A DNA stretch of 64,000 nt from assembly GCA_029260935.1 (NCBI GenBank), contig JAJDCJ010000012.1:33315-97314 (forward strand). Reading direction: 5' to 3'. The notes beneath the pieces were generated by a model. That model was not told the origin of the DNA and made no database searches. It saw nothing but the letters and a program-made list of their open reading frames with translations. Below, one piece after another: positions 18,325-26,255 of the stretch (the first letter of the stretch is position 1; each line of letters starts with the position of its first letter). Made by a program: the position numbers and the translations under genes. Source of the DNA: Patescibacteria group bacterium. GTDB lineage: Bacteria > Patescibacteriota > Minisyncoccia > Phycocordibacterales > Phycocordibacteraceae.

Positions 18325-19341
18325 CTAAACCGATAGATATTTCCTTACCGCAAGAAAGCTAGAAACAGCACCTAATAAAGCGCCCACCACTAACAGGGTG
18401 AGAAGAAATATGAAAAATTGACTGATATAAAACTCAAAGATATCCACATTAAATGCTGCCGATGTTGCCCCCTTCAGGAAATACGTTATTGGGAAAAAGA
18501 GAGTGAGTGCTATAACACCTGAGAAAAGGCCATAGAGTGTGCCCGCAACGATAAATGGCCCGCGAATATACCCATTTGATGCACCCACTAGGCGCATTAC
18601 CTTAATCTCCTCACGAGACGTATAAATAGCTAATCTGAGTGTATTAAAGGTAATAAGTATTGAAGCGAGCGCAAAAAGAATAATAATTGCGTAGCCAAAA
18701 CGCTTAACGTATGACGTTAGCGTTTGTAGTTGATCAATGACGGTTTTGTTTTGTGTGTAATTTACCGAGTCAATAAACGAACCACCCGAGTTATCAAATT
18801 GTTTATCCTGTAGGTACTGTGCAATACCTTCGTACTGCGAAGGTTCTTTTGCTTTTATTGAAAGTGTGGCGCCAAATGGATTTTCCGCAAGCTCATCAAG
18901 TGCTTGGAGTGTAAGTTGGTCATCTTGGTGACGGATGCGAAACTGAGAAAGCACTGTCTCTCGTGAATCAAGTTCAACGTAGGAAACTTCCGGAAAACTT
19001 TTAATCTCGTTTACAAAACTTTCAATTTCACTTTCGTCAGCACTGGGAACAAAATATACATTGACGTCCACTTTGTCCTGCACATACAAAACAAAGTCAC
19101 CAACAATGCCATTTAAGAACATGAGCGATCCTATAATAGTCAGTGTCATAGTCATTACAAACACCGCAGCAAGCGACACAAAGCTGTTTCTAAAGAAACT
19201 CATGAACCCGGAACGGAATATTCGTTTAATATTTACCCAAAACATAGTGTCATTATAATACGTATCTTCCCTCTTTATCGTCACGCACCACACGTCCATT
19301 ATCCATGGTGATAACACGCTTTCCAAGTGAATCAACCACAC
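18325..19341 (-). CDS. ftsX: cell division permease FtsX-like (likely start near 19240, MFWVNIK)
   Basis: 4-TM topology with a large periplasmic loop; directly downstream of ftsE. Confidence 0.7.
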   Translation of the reverse strand: MWLIHLESVLSPWIMDVWCVTIKREDTYYNDTMFWVNIKRIFRSGFMSFFRNSFVSLAAVFVMTMTLTIIGSLMFLNGIVGDFVLYVQDKVDVNVYFVPSADESEIESFVNEIKSFPEVSYVELDSRETVLSQFRIRHQDDQLTLQALDELAENPFGATLSIKAKEPSQYEGIAQYLQDKQFDNSGGSFIDSVNYTQNKTVIDQLQTLTSYVKRFGYAIIILFALASILITFNTLRLAIYTSREEIKVMRLVGASNGYIRGPFIVAGTLYGLFSGVIALTLFFPITYFLKGATSAAFNVDIFEFYISQFFIFLLTLLVVGALLGAVSSFLAVRKYLSV

Positions 19342-19933
19342 CTTTGTTGTGGCTCGTGAGCACTACCATGGTACCTAACTCATTAATGCGTTTTAAGATC
19401 TCAACAACTTGGTGTGTATTGATAGGGTCAAGGTTACCTGTTGGCTCGTCGGCTAACAGCACATCAGGCTGGTTCACGATGGCGCGGCCGATGGCGACCC
19501 GCTGACGCTCACCACCTGAAAGTTCTCGTGGAAAATTCCACGCTTTTTCAGTGAGATCAACTAACTCAAGAACGTGCGGCACGTCGGCTGCGATTTCCTC
19601 GTCGGTTCGCCCTGAAGCTTCCATTGCAAAGGCGATGTTTTCATACGCAGTCATGTTAGGAATAAGTCTAAAGTCTTGAAAAACCGTTCCTATTTTCCTA
19701 CGGAGCGTGTGCAACTGCGAGCGGGGTATTTTCTGAATTTCAGCGGACTCAAAATAGATTGCACCTGATGTTGGTTTCTCTTCAGCAAGAATCATTTTAA
19801 GGAGCGTGGTCTTACCAGCACCAGCATGTCCCACAACTGAAATAAACTCCTGTGGATCAATAGAAAGCGTCACTTTATCAAGCGCAATTGAATTGTCCGA
19901 ATATATTTTTGAAACATCGTCAAAGTAGATCAT
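19253..19933 (-). CDS. ftsE: cell division ATP-binding protein FtsE
   Basis: GHAGAGKTT Walker A, LSGGERQR signature, LLADEPT Walker B. Confidence 0.85.
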   Translation of the reverse strand: MIYFDDVSKIYSDNSIALDKVTLSIDPQEFISVVGHAGAGKTTLLKMILAEEKPTSGAIYFESAEIQKIPRSQLHTLRRKIGTVFQDFRLIPNMTAYENIAFAMEASGRTDEEIAADVPHVLELVDLTEKAWNFPRELSGGERQRVAIGRAIVNQPDVLLADEPTGNLDPINTHQVVEILKRINELGTMVVLTSHNKGVVDSLGKRVITMDNGRVVRDDKEGRYVL

Positions 19934-20019
19934 GACTGTGTTGAATACTAGGTGTTAGGTGCTGGGTGTTAGGTATGGGATGAAATATAAAATTTCATTT
20001 CTCTCTCGCGCAAACCTTT

Positions 20020-20931
20020 TTATTCTACCGCACTTTCTTTCATTGCGTCTATAAAGCTATCCAGAACCCCTTCAAAGACAGCATCAACATCGCTTTCTTC
20101 AACGCCGGTACGGTGATCTTTCACCATTTTATAGGGATGCTGGACATAGGAGCGTATTTGGCTCCCCCATTCAATTGGTGTGTGTGCGGCGATTGAAAGT
20201 CCTTGGCGTTCTTTTTCCTTCCGTTCCTCTTCTTTTTTAAAGAGCTTTGACTTTAAAAGCGCCAATGCTCGTTCGCGGTTTGCCTGCTGACTTCGCTCGT
20301 TTGACACATGCACTGAAAGTCCTGACGGCGTATGAGTAATACGCACCGCTGTTTCTCTTTTGTTTACATTCTGTCCGCCAGCGCCTCCTGATTTTGTAAA
20401 TTGAATTTCCAAATCATCTTCGTCCATTTCAATTTTATTTTGTGCACCAAGGTCAGGGAGGACTTCAACCAGCGCAAAAGAAGTCTGCCTCTTATCGTTT
20501 GCATTAAAAGGCGAGAGTCGCACCAGGCGATGCACCCCTGCTTCATGCTTTAAATTACCATATACACCCTTACCTTTAATTTCAAAAGTAACGTTTCGGT
20601 ACCCACCGTGATTATTTTCGTGGTCATGTAGAAAAGTGACGGTATAGCCCTTTTTGTCAGCATATCCTTGATACATTCTAAAAAGCATTCCTACGAAGTC
20701 CTCAGCATCATCACCTCCTGCGCCAGCTAAAATTGCAAGAGTAGCGGAACCTGCATCATGAGGCGAAACTCCTTCGGCTACAGAAGCAAGGTCTTTCATT
20801 TCTTTTATCAAAGACTGTGCCTTGTCTTTATCTACCCAAAAATCAGGTTGCCCCATAGCCGCTTCAATTTCAGCAATACGCATTTTTGCTTCTTTTTTGT
20901 CCATACACAGTACGCTACCATATTTTGGCAA
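20020..20931 (-). CDS. prfB: peptide chain release factor 2
   Basis: SPF tripeptide (RLSPFNAN) and GGQ motif (SGGAGGQNVN). Confidence 0.85.
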   Translation of the reverse strand: MPKYGSVLCMDKKEAKMRIAEIEAAMGQPDFWVDKDKAQSLIKEMKDLASVAEGVSPHDAGSATLAILAGAGGDDAEDFVGMLFRMYQGYADKKGYTVTFLHDHENNHGGYRNVTFEIKGKGVYGNLKHEAGVHRLVRLSPFNANDKRQTSFALVEVLPDLGAQNKIEMDEDDLEIQFTKSGGAGGQNVNKRETAVRITHTPSGLSVHVSNERSQQANRERALALLKSKLFKKEEERKEKERQGLSIAAHTPIEWGSQIRSYVQHPYKMVKDHRTGVEESDVDAVFEGVLDSFIDAMKESAVE

Positions 20932-21022
20932 AACAGACTTTTTTGGGTAAGATACTGAGGTGTTGGGGTACGTAAAACTTTCCTTGGCACTACTCAGACA
21001 AAGTCAGTAGTGTGCCGTTGTA

Positions 21023-21157
21023 AGCAAAGCTTGCACCGGCGGCGTTCTAACAAAATATACTCACGGGCGGTTTTGTTCTTTCAGAAAAATGTAAACGAGC
21101 TTTCATTTTTCTTCTATCACAAAACCACGCGCTTCGCGCAATTTCCGTGAGCAACTT
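21023..21157 (+). mobile_element. about 135-nt inserted element beginning AGCAAAGCTT, flanked by a 9-bp duplication of the tRNA-Thr 5' end
   Basis: GCCGTTGTA occurs at 21014-21022 and again as the first 9 nt of the tRNA at 21158-21166. Confidence 0.5.
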
Positions 21158-21233
21158 GCCGTTGTAGCTCAGCTGGTAGAGCGCATCCATGGTAAGGATG
21201 AGGTCCCCGGTTCAAACCCGGGCAACGGCTCCA
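21158..21233 (+). tRNA. tRNA-Thr(GGU)
   Basis: Cloverleaf with anticodon loop AUGGUAA, T-loop UUCAAAC, encoded CCA. Confidence 0.85.
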
Positions 21234-21272
21234 GACTAGTACTCTTGGCATTAGTGCCTAAAGTACTAGTGT

Positions 21273-21347
21273 GCCACCTTAGCTCAGTTGGTAGAGCATT
21301 TCACTCGTAACGAAAAGGTCCGCGGTTCAATCCCGCGAGGTGGCTCA
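21273..21347 (+). tRNA. tRNA-Thr(CGU)
   Basis: Acceptor GCCACCU/AGGUGGC, anticodon loop CUCGUAA, T-loop UUCAAUC. Confidence 0.8.
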
Positions 21348-21358
21348 TAAAACTAGAA

Positions 21359-21386
21359 AATAGTGACTTCGTAAGTCACTATTTTG
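21359..21386 (+). terminator. hairpin ATAGTGACTTCGTAAGTCACTAT followed by a T-run
   Basis: Immediately downstream of the tRNA pair. Confidence 0.6.
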
Positions 21387-21387
21387 C

Positions 21388-21762
21388 TCATATCTTTTTA
21401 GTGAAAAATTGTAATATCAATAATACAGCGAAAAAAAACGGTACAGTAACTAAAAATTGCTGGGCGTTATATTGCCTTTGCAAGACAGGCGAGTCCAATA
21501 TAACTTGAGCATGCTCCAGGTAATTATTTTTAATAATAAAATAACCGGAGTAAATACTCAAAGGTAAGTAATTAATACCTATCCCAATAAGCCAGAAGCC
21601 CATTGCGGTGGTTAGTAAGTGTGAATTCCCAAGAAGAAAATAACTTAATGCAAAAGAACCAAAACTCCCTACTAAAAACTCAGTGAAAATTAACCACTTA
21701 TTATTGACACTCATGTCGAAAGCAACGAGTTTACTTATGTTAAGTGAAGACATTAACATCAA
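21388..21762 (-). CDS. integral membrane protein, unknown
   Basis: 124 aa, three or four hydrophobic helices. Confidence 0.35.
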   Translation of the reverse strand: MMLMSSLNISKLVAFDMSVNNKWLIFTEFLVGSFGSFALSYFLLGNSHLLTTAMGFWLIGIGINYLPLSIYSGYFIIKNNYLEHAQVILDSPVLQRQYNAQQFLVTVPFFFAVLLILQFFTKKI

Positions 21763-21878
21763 CTATACCAATTCTACCGTCCCCCAGTATGTCCTATCGG
21801 GGGGGTGCTTTTTATTCTTATTTTCCACAATCATCTGTTACCCCCCCCTATAGACACTGGATGTCCATGGGGGATTCA

Positions 21879-21931
21879 GCCACGTAAAAGTAAATATGGA
21901 CACGCCGTGTCCATATTTACTTTTACGTGGC
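21879..21931. repeat. 53-bp perfect palindrome
   Basis: GCCACGTAAAAGTAAATATGGACACG / CGTGTCCATATTTACTTTTACGTGGC; its 27-bp core recurs at 44164-44196. Confidence 0.9.
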
Positions 21932-21932
21932 T

Positions 21933-22090
21933 CTCCGGCGAAGCCGGACCCAGCTCCGCCGGGCGGTCCGCATATGTAAGCAAAGCTTCCTCTCATCGAT
22001 CACTCGGAAGAGTAACCGCATTCACTCTTCCCTCGCTTCTCTCGATAGTAAAGAAAAACAGTACGCAGGTACTGTTTGTTCTTTCATATG
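21933..22090. repeat. repeat-family copy: GCTCCGCCGGGC motif, GTAAGCAAAGCTT, internal hairpins, ending at the tRNA-Asp 3' end
   Basis: Shares GCTCCGCCGGGC and GTAAGCAAAGC with the 48786-49225 array, and TTTGTTCTTTCA with 21023-21157. Confidence 0.6.
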
Positions 22091-22165
22091 CGCGGCCGAC
22101 CGGACTCGAACCGGCAACCTCCCGCGTGACAGGCGGGTGCTACTAACCAATTGAGCTACGGCCGC
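22091..22165 (-). tRNA. tRNA-Asp(GUC)
   Basis: Anticodon loop CUGUCAC, T-loop UUCGAGU, acceptor GCGGCCG/CGGCCGC. Confidence 0.8.
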
Positions 22166-22850
22166 ATTTCGGATACAGAGTATGTATTGCCTTCGAAAAT
22201 AGCTCGTATTTCCTTGGTAAATACAGTTCTGTATTAGGGCTAGTATGATACATCAGCTTGTAAAGTGCAAGACTATCGCGATGACTAAAAACAAGTTCAA
22301 AGCCTCGCTTCTTGTACTTTTCTAAAACAAATCCCCTATTCAGACCATTTTCTCTAAGAGTACTAAAGAGTGTTAGAAGAAATTTTTGAGATCCTGACGT
22401 GAATCTGCTTGTAAATACCCAACGTTTTTTGTTTCGATCTTTAGCAAAATATTTTTTAAAATGAACGCTGCCGTCGCCATCAAAATATCCCCTGACGAAA
22501 TGATGTAAATATCCTTGAGGGACTTTTGGGAAACAGATTGTTTTGCTTTTGTTTTGAGTGAAACCAAGTTTTATCAAATCAGAGAACCATTCTCTACTTC
22601 CAAACTGCACGCGATACTGTTGCTTCCATTTTTCGTTCCTTTGAGGACGTTCCGAAATTTTCTGAGTTCCTCCGACAATCTTCCGTAATTTTTGAAGCAA
22701 AATTTTGTCTGTAGATGTAAATTCAATATAGTGTCCTCCTCTTTTATTCTCAATCATTGAACCGTCTGCGGCAAAATACCCCAATACATACGCCATGTCT
22801 GATGTCCACGTTTTGAAAAAGTCTTGGTTTAGCTTCTTTTTTATTGGCAC
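22143..22850 (-). CDS. double-motif LAGLIDADG homing-endonuclease-family protein, free-standing, directly 5' of tRNA-Asp
   Basis: Two motifs, VLGYFAADGSM and VRGYFDGDGSV, spaced about 100 aa apart; the 3' end overlaps the tRNA 5' region by about 23 nt. Confidence 0.7.
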   Translation of the reverse strand: MPIKKKLNQDFFKTWTSDMAYVLGYFAADGSMIENKRGGHYIEFTSTDKILLQKLRKIVGGTQKISERPQRNEKWKQQYRVQFGSREWFSDLIKLGFTQNKSKTICFPKVPQGYLHHFVRGYFDGDGSVHFKKYFAKDRNKKRWVFTSRFTSGSQKFLLTLFSTLRENGLNRGFVLEKYKKRGFELVFSHRDSLALYKLMYHTSPNTELYLPRKYELFSKAIHTLYPKCGRSSIG

Positions 22851-22888
22851 TTTATAAGTATACCGTGACAGGATATCTATCTAACCAC

Positions 22889-23833
22889 TTATACCAACCC
22901 AAACAACTTGGCGCTGAACAAAAGATAGGCAAGCAGGTAGAAGGCGCCTTCCCAGGTATGAATTTTCTTTGATATGCCGGAAATTATGAAAAAGAATGTA
23001 GTTGCAAGAAGCATAGGAAGCGCTATTGTCACCGTTGCGGTGTCTAGTGTTTGAGTGCCAAACAAACCAGAAATTCCAACAACCAAAAGAAGGTTGAAAA
23101 TGTTTGAGCCAAATATGTTACCGATGGCAACTTCTGCATTATGATTCAGTGCGGCTTTTACCGAAACAATCAACTCCGGAAGTGACGTACCGACTGCAAC
23201 TGCAAGAATAGTCATCACACCCACTGAAATACCAACCATTGCCGAAAGCCCAAGTACTGAATCAATCAAATAATTAGCACCTCCAATGAGTGCAATAAAC
23301 CCAACGATAAGTATTGCCCAATCCAAGAGAGCCACTTTAGGCCGTTTTTCTAGTGGTTCAAGCGCTTTAGTACTTCCTTCTCTATGAAAGAGCGAGTAGA
23401 GAACATAGACAACAACACCTGCCAAAAGAAAGAACGACTCAGGGGTGGTAATAACACCGTCATATGCGGTGCCAAAAAAATAGAGCGTTGCCAGTGTCAA
23501 CAGTGGAAGCTCTAAGTCAATGAGGTTCCGTGTTACAGCCAGCGTTCCTTTTGCAACAATCGCGGCAATACCGATAACTAGCAAGATGTTGGCGATGTTT
23601 GAACCAATAGCGTTTGCCGCAGGAATTTCGGTGACTCCCTGCAACATACCAACAATTGACGACGCCAACTCCGGCGCACTGGTGCCGAGTCCGACAATTA
23701 AAACACCGACTACAAACGGTGACATGCCGAGCGAAAGCCCTATTTTCTCTGCACTATCAAGCACCCAGTCAGCACCCTTAACGAGAGCTACGAGTGAGAA
23801 CACGAAAATACCTACCAGAATCAAAAGTTCCAT
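22889..23833 (-). CDS. Ca2+/cation antiporter (CaCA family, YrbG-like)
   Basis: Two alpha-repeat motifs, GLGTSAPELASS and GTSLPELIVS. Confidence 0.8.
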   Translation of the reverse strand: MELLILVGIFVFSLVALVKGADWVLDSAEKIGLSLGMSPFVVGVLIVGLGTSAPELASSIVGMLQGVTEIPAANAIGSNIANILLVIGIAAIVAKGTLAVTRNLIDLELPLLTLATLYFFGTAYDGVITTPESFFLLAGVVVYVLYSLFHREGSTKALEPLEKRPKVALLDWAILIVGFIALIGGANYLIDSVLGLSAMVGISVGVMTILAVAVGTSLPELIVSVKAALNHNAEVAIGNIFGSNIFNLLLVVGISGLFGTQTLDTATVTIALPMLLATTFFFIISGISKKIHTWEGAFYLLAYLLFSAKLFGLV

Positions 23834-23853
23834 ATGAAGACCAGTTTAACATG

Positions 23854-24123
23854 CTAACCGGAACGTTTTGAAAAATAGATAATGACATCTCTGAAGGAAA
23901 AGAGGAACCATATGGCGTTGAGGATGAGGAACGGGACACTATCCAAAAGATACGCGTAAACAATAAGCACTCCGCTTCCGAGGGCATTTCCCGAGTCATA
24001 CCAAATGTTATCAATGGAAACCACCTTAAATTGGTTGAGCAGGAAAAAAATCAAAATAATCGCTGCGCCTAAAGTGCCGATTATTGTTATGATGTCCATA
24101 TAACCGTTAGTATACCCCCACAC
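23854..24123 (-). CDS. small membrane protein, unknown
   Basis: 89 aa, two TM helices. Confidence 0.3.
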   Translation of the reverse strand: MWGYTNGYMDIITIIGTLGAAIILIFFLLNQFKVVSIDNIWYDSGNALGSGVLIVYAYLLDSVPFLILNAIWFLFSFRDVIIYFSKRSG

Positions 24124-24161
24124 TCACTTTTTAATAAAAATGGGTGTGGGTGGTCTAGCAT

Positions 24162-24401
24162 TTATTTGGTAGGTCCCTTGGTACTGCCATGCCCACGACA
24201 CCCTTCGCATTTTTTAAATAGGTCTTCTACGAACCAACCGCCACGATTTCCGCAATGTTGACACCCTCCACCTTCACACTTCCTACATATATGCCACGAT
24301 TTTCCATACCCAGACCCCTTACATTTTGTACAAATAGTAGGATCAAAATCTTTTTTGTATTGAGTTTCAAACATATGGTGCCGACGGCAGGAATTGGTCA
24401 C
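24162..24401 (-). CDS. small DnaJ-type zinc-finger protein (four CxxCxGxG repeats); likely start MFETQYKK
   Basis: CTKCKGSG, CRKCEGGG, CQHCGNRG, CEGCRGHG; the annotated N-terminus overlaps the tRNA-Met-derived repeat. Confidence 0.55.
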   Translation of the reverse strand: MTNSCRRHHMFETQYKKDFDPTICTKCKGSGYGKSWHICRKCEGGGCQHCGNRGGWFVEDLFKKCEGCRGHGSTKGPTK

Positions 24402-24768
24402 CCGTCGCTAACCATTTTACTTCATAAACTCGTAAAATGCTAATCGCGCTCCACCCCGACTCGGCAACGTGTGCTCCGCCACGGCTTCGCACCCTCTGTC
24501 TTTCAATTCCTTCCGTCTTGTTCAAATTGTAAAAAATACTATGCATGCGCATAGTATTTAACAATTTGTGCCGACGGCAGGAATTGGTCAGGAGTCCATG
24601 AAAATTAGAGTCACTGCCGTTCCTTAATTTTCTATGGCTCACGACCCTGGCTCGGCGACAAGCACTCGTCGTACCTCCTCGTCTTGTATACCGCCTCCGC
24701 CTTTCAATTCCTGTCAATCAGGCACATTGTAAAAAACACCATACTCAAACGTATGATGTTTTACAATG
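24367..24768. repeat. two tandem about-200-bp units, each ending with a copy of the tRNA-Met 3' end (GTGCCGACGGCAGGAATTG)
   Basis: The 19-mer occurs at 24367, 24568 and 24768 (the last is the tRNA itself). The units share CTCGGC, CTTTCAATTCCT and TTGTAAAAAA blocks. Confidence 0.8.
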
Positions 24769-24844
24769 TGTGCCGACGGCAGGAATTGAACCTGCGACCT
24801 TAGCTTTATGAGTGCTACGCTCTAACCAACTGAGCTACGCCGGC
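24769..24844 (-). tRNA. tRNA-Met(CAU) elongator-type (could be the k2C Ile2 species)
   Basis: Acceptor GCCGGCG/CGUCGGC, anticodon loop CUCAUAA, T-loop UUCAAUU. Confidence 0.75.
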
Positions 24845-24896
24845 AAACGAGGAAGATAATGGAAGTGCGGAGCAATTACATTATTTCCGAGTGCAG

Positions 24897-25070
24897 CCGA
24901 CGCAAGCTCCGCTTACGCCGGCAAACTGCTTACGAGGATAGCGCGAAGCGCGTGTTTTTGCGAGTGAAGAAAAACAGAAGCTTGTTTATGTTTTTCTGAG
25001 AGAGCAAAAAAACTCGAAAGCGTATTCTGTCAGAGTGGGCCCGACGCAAGCTCCGCTTACGCCGGCAAAC
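24897..25070. repeat. two copies of a 30-nt acceptor-stem minihelix repeat CCGACGCAAGCTCCGCTTACGCCGGCAAAC
   Basis: Copies at 24897-24926 and 25041-25070. Read on the minus strand they give GCCGGCG-UAAGCGGAGCUUG-CGUCGGC, reproducing the tRNA-Met acceptor stem. Confidence 0.75.
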
Positions 25071-25121
25071 TCTTTCAGTTCTCAAAAAATACCATTTTTT
25101 GATGGAAAAAGAAATAAAAAA

Positions 25122-25450
25122 TGTTGCGGGGCCCAGAATCGAACTGGGGTCTGGAGGTTCTTTTACACTCAATGTTTCCAAAGAGAATGGACTATACCAT
25201 GGTCCACGTGGGACCCTCCCATTATAGTCTCTGAACCTTCCGAGCTATATCAAACGATATGGCTTGGCTTGGCTGCTGATTACCGAATCAACTTGCTTTT
25301 TAAACCATCGCACTCACCCTCTCAGGTCATGCTGTGGTGCAAGAAGCTCTAACGGCTTTCCAGCAATTTAGAGAGTTTTCCACCGTCTGTTGCCAAACGG
25401 GGTCACGTTCTTCACATGAGCCTCCCGAGGTACCTCTCCTCTACCCCGCG
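25122..25450 (-). ncRNA. about 330-nt structured RNA with tRNA-like T-arm and acceptor end; possible tmRNA (ssrA), unconfirmed
   Basis: 3' end CCCAGUUCGAUUCUGGG-CCCCGCA-A-CA pairs with 5' CGCGGGG. The region has no ORF and smpB is present in the window. There is no G3-U70 pair and no classic tag. Confidence 0.35.
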
Positions 25451-25537
25451 CTATCAGCATATGACATTAAGCTCTACTCGTCAACAAAGTAGCGAGATTA
25501 ACGTGACGCGCTCGTATTCTTGAGTCAATAACCACTA

Positions 25538-26233
25538 TTAAATATACTGATGTTCTTCAAACACCTGCTCGTAAAGCTTCATAGTGCGAAATGCTTCACG
25601 CTGGGTCAAAATAAAATCTGATTTACCATCTGAAATAATATTACGCACACGATGTGCCTCCCACGCCTGAGGCACCGTTAAAAATGCTTCTTCAGGGAGC
25701 GCCTTCATTCTGTCACTGGTCGTCGTACCTGAAACACCTAACAGTTCTAACAAATCACCCAACATTCTGTCTGCTGCCAATACACTTTCCTTCCACTGCT
25801 TAGGGTCTGACGAAAGAGCGCTTTCAAGCAACTCGTCCCACCGGTGACGCATGACAAGTTCTTCCTCTGTTTTTGCCGGCAACGTGCCGTAGGTCTTAAG
25901 CTCGCGAAGTCGTATAAACAAAAGAAGCCCGAGTGAGGTAAGAATAGTGAGGAATAGAAAGCTGGAAACACTCCAGGCAACTGCGCTATATACTCCCCAT
26001 AAAAAGGACACAACTCCAGAAATCGTATCCCCTACAACGCTCCATACACTGATAAAAAAATCTAGGAACTGTTCAAAAATACCTCCATTAGTAGGTAGAG
26101 TACCTGGTACTTCCGTTGGTACTTCAGGAAGAACGGGGTTACCCGCCTTATCAACAAACCTACACGACCCGCCAAAAGCAGAGAAGAAGAGGCAGTACCA
26201 GTATTGGAGATTTAAAAAATGGAGGAAATCCAT
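25538..26233 (-). CDS. membrane protein, unknown
   Basis: 231 aa with hydrophobic segments in the N-terminal half. Confidence 0.4.
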   Translation of the reverse strand: MDFLHFLNLQYWYCLFFSAFGGSCRFVDKAGNPVLPEVPTEVPGTLPTNGGIFEQFLDFFISVWSVVGDTISGVVSFLWGVYSAVAWSVSSFLFLTILTSLGLLLFIRLRELKTYGTLPAKTEEELVMRHRWDELLESALSSDPKQWKESVLAADRMLGDLLELLGVSGTTTSDRMKALPEEAFLTVPQAWEAHRVRNIISDGKSDFILTQREAFRTMKLYEQVFEEHQYI

Positions 26234-26255
26234 TGTCTATATAGTAACAAAGAAA

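Noticed and set aside
20020-21010. Programmed +1 frameshift site (CUU UGA C) in prfB
   Set aside because: I inspected the upstream minus-strand sequence in all frames and found no CUU-UGA motif or Shine-Dalgarno-like stimulator. The ORF appears to start at MPKYG or MDKKEAK without frameshifting.
21805-22154. ORFs 21805-22146 and 21927-22154 on the plus strand
   Set aside because: They span the 53-bp palindrome, the repeat segment and the tRNA-Asp gene on the opposite strand, and are spurious.
25035-25352. 105-aa plus-strand ORF
   Set aside because: It overlaps the minihelix repeat and the structured RNA with tRNA-like ends on the minus strand. There is no coding signature.
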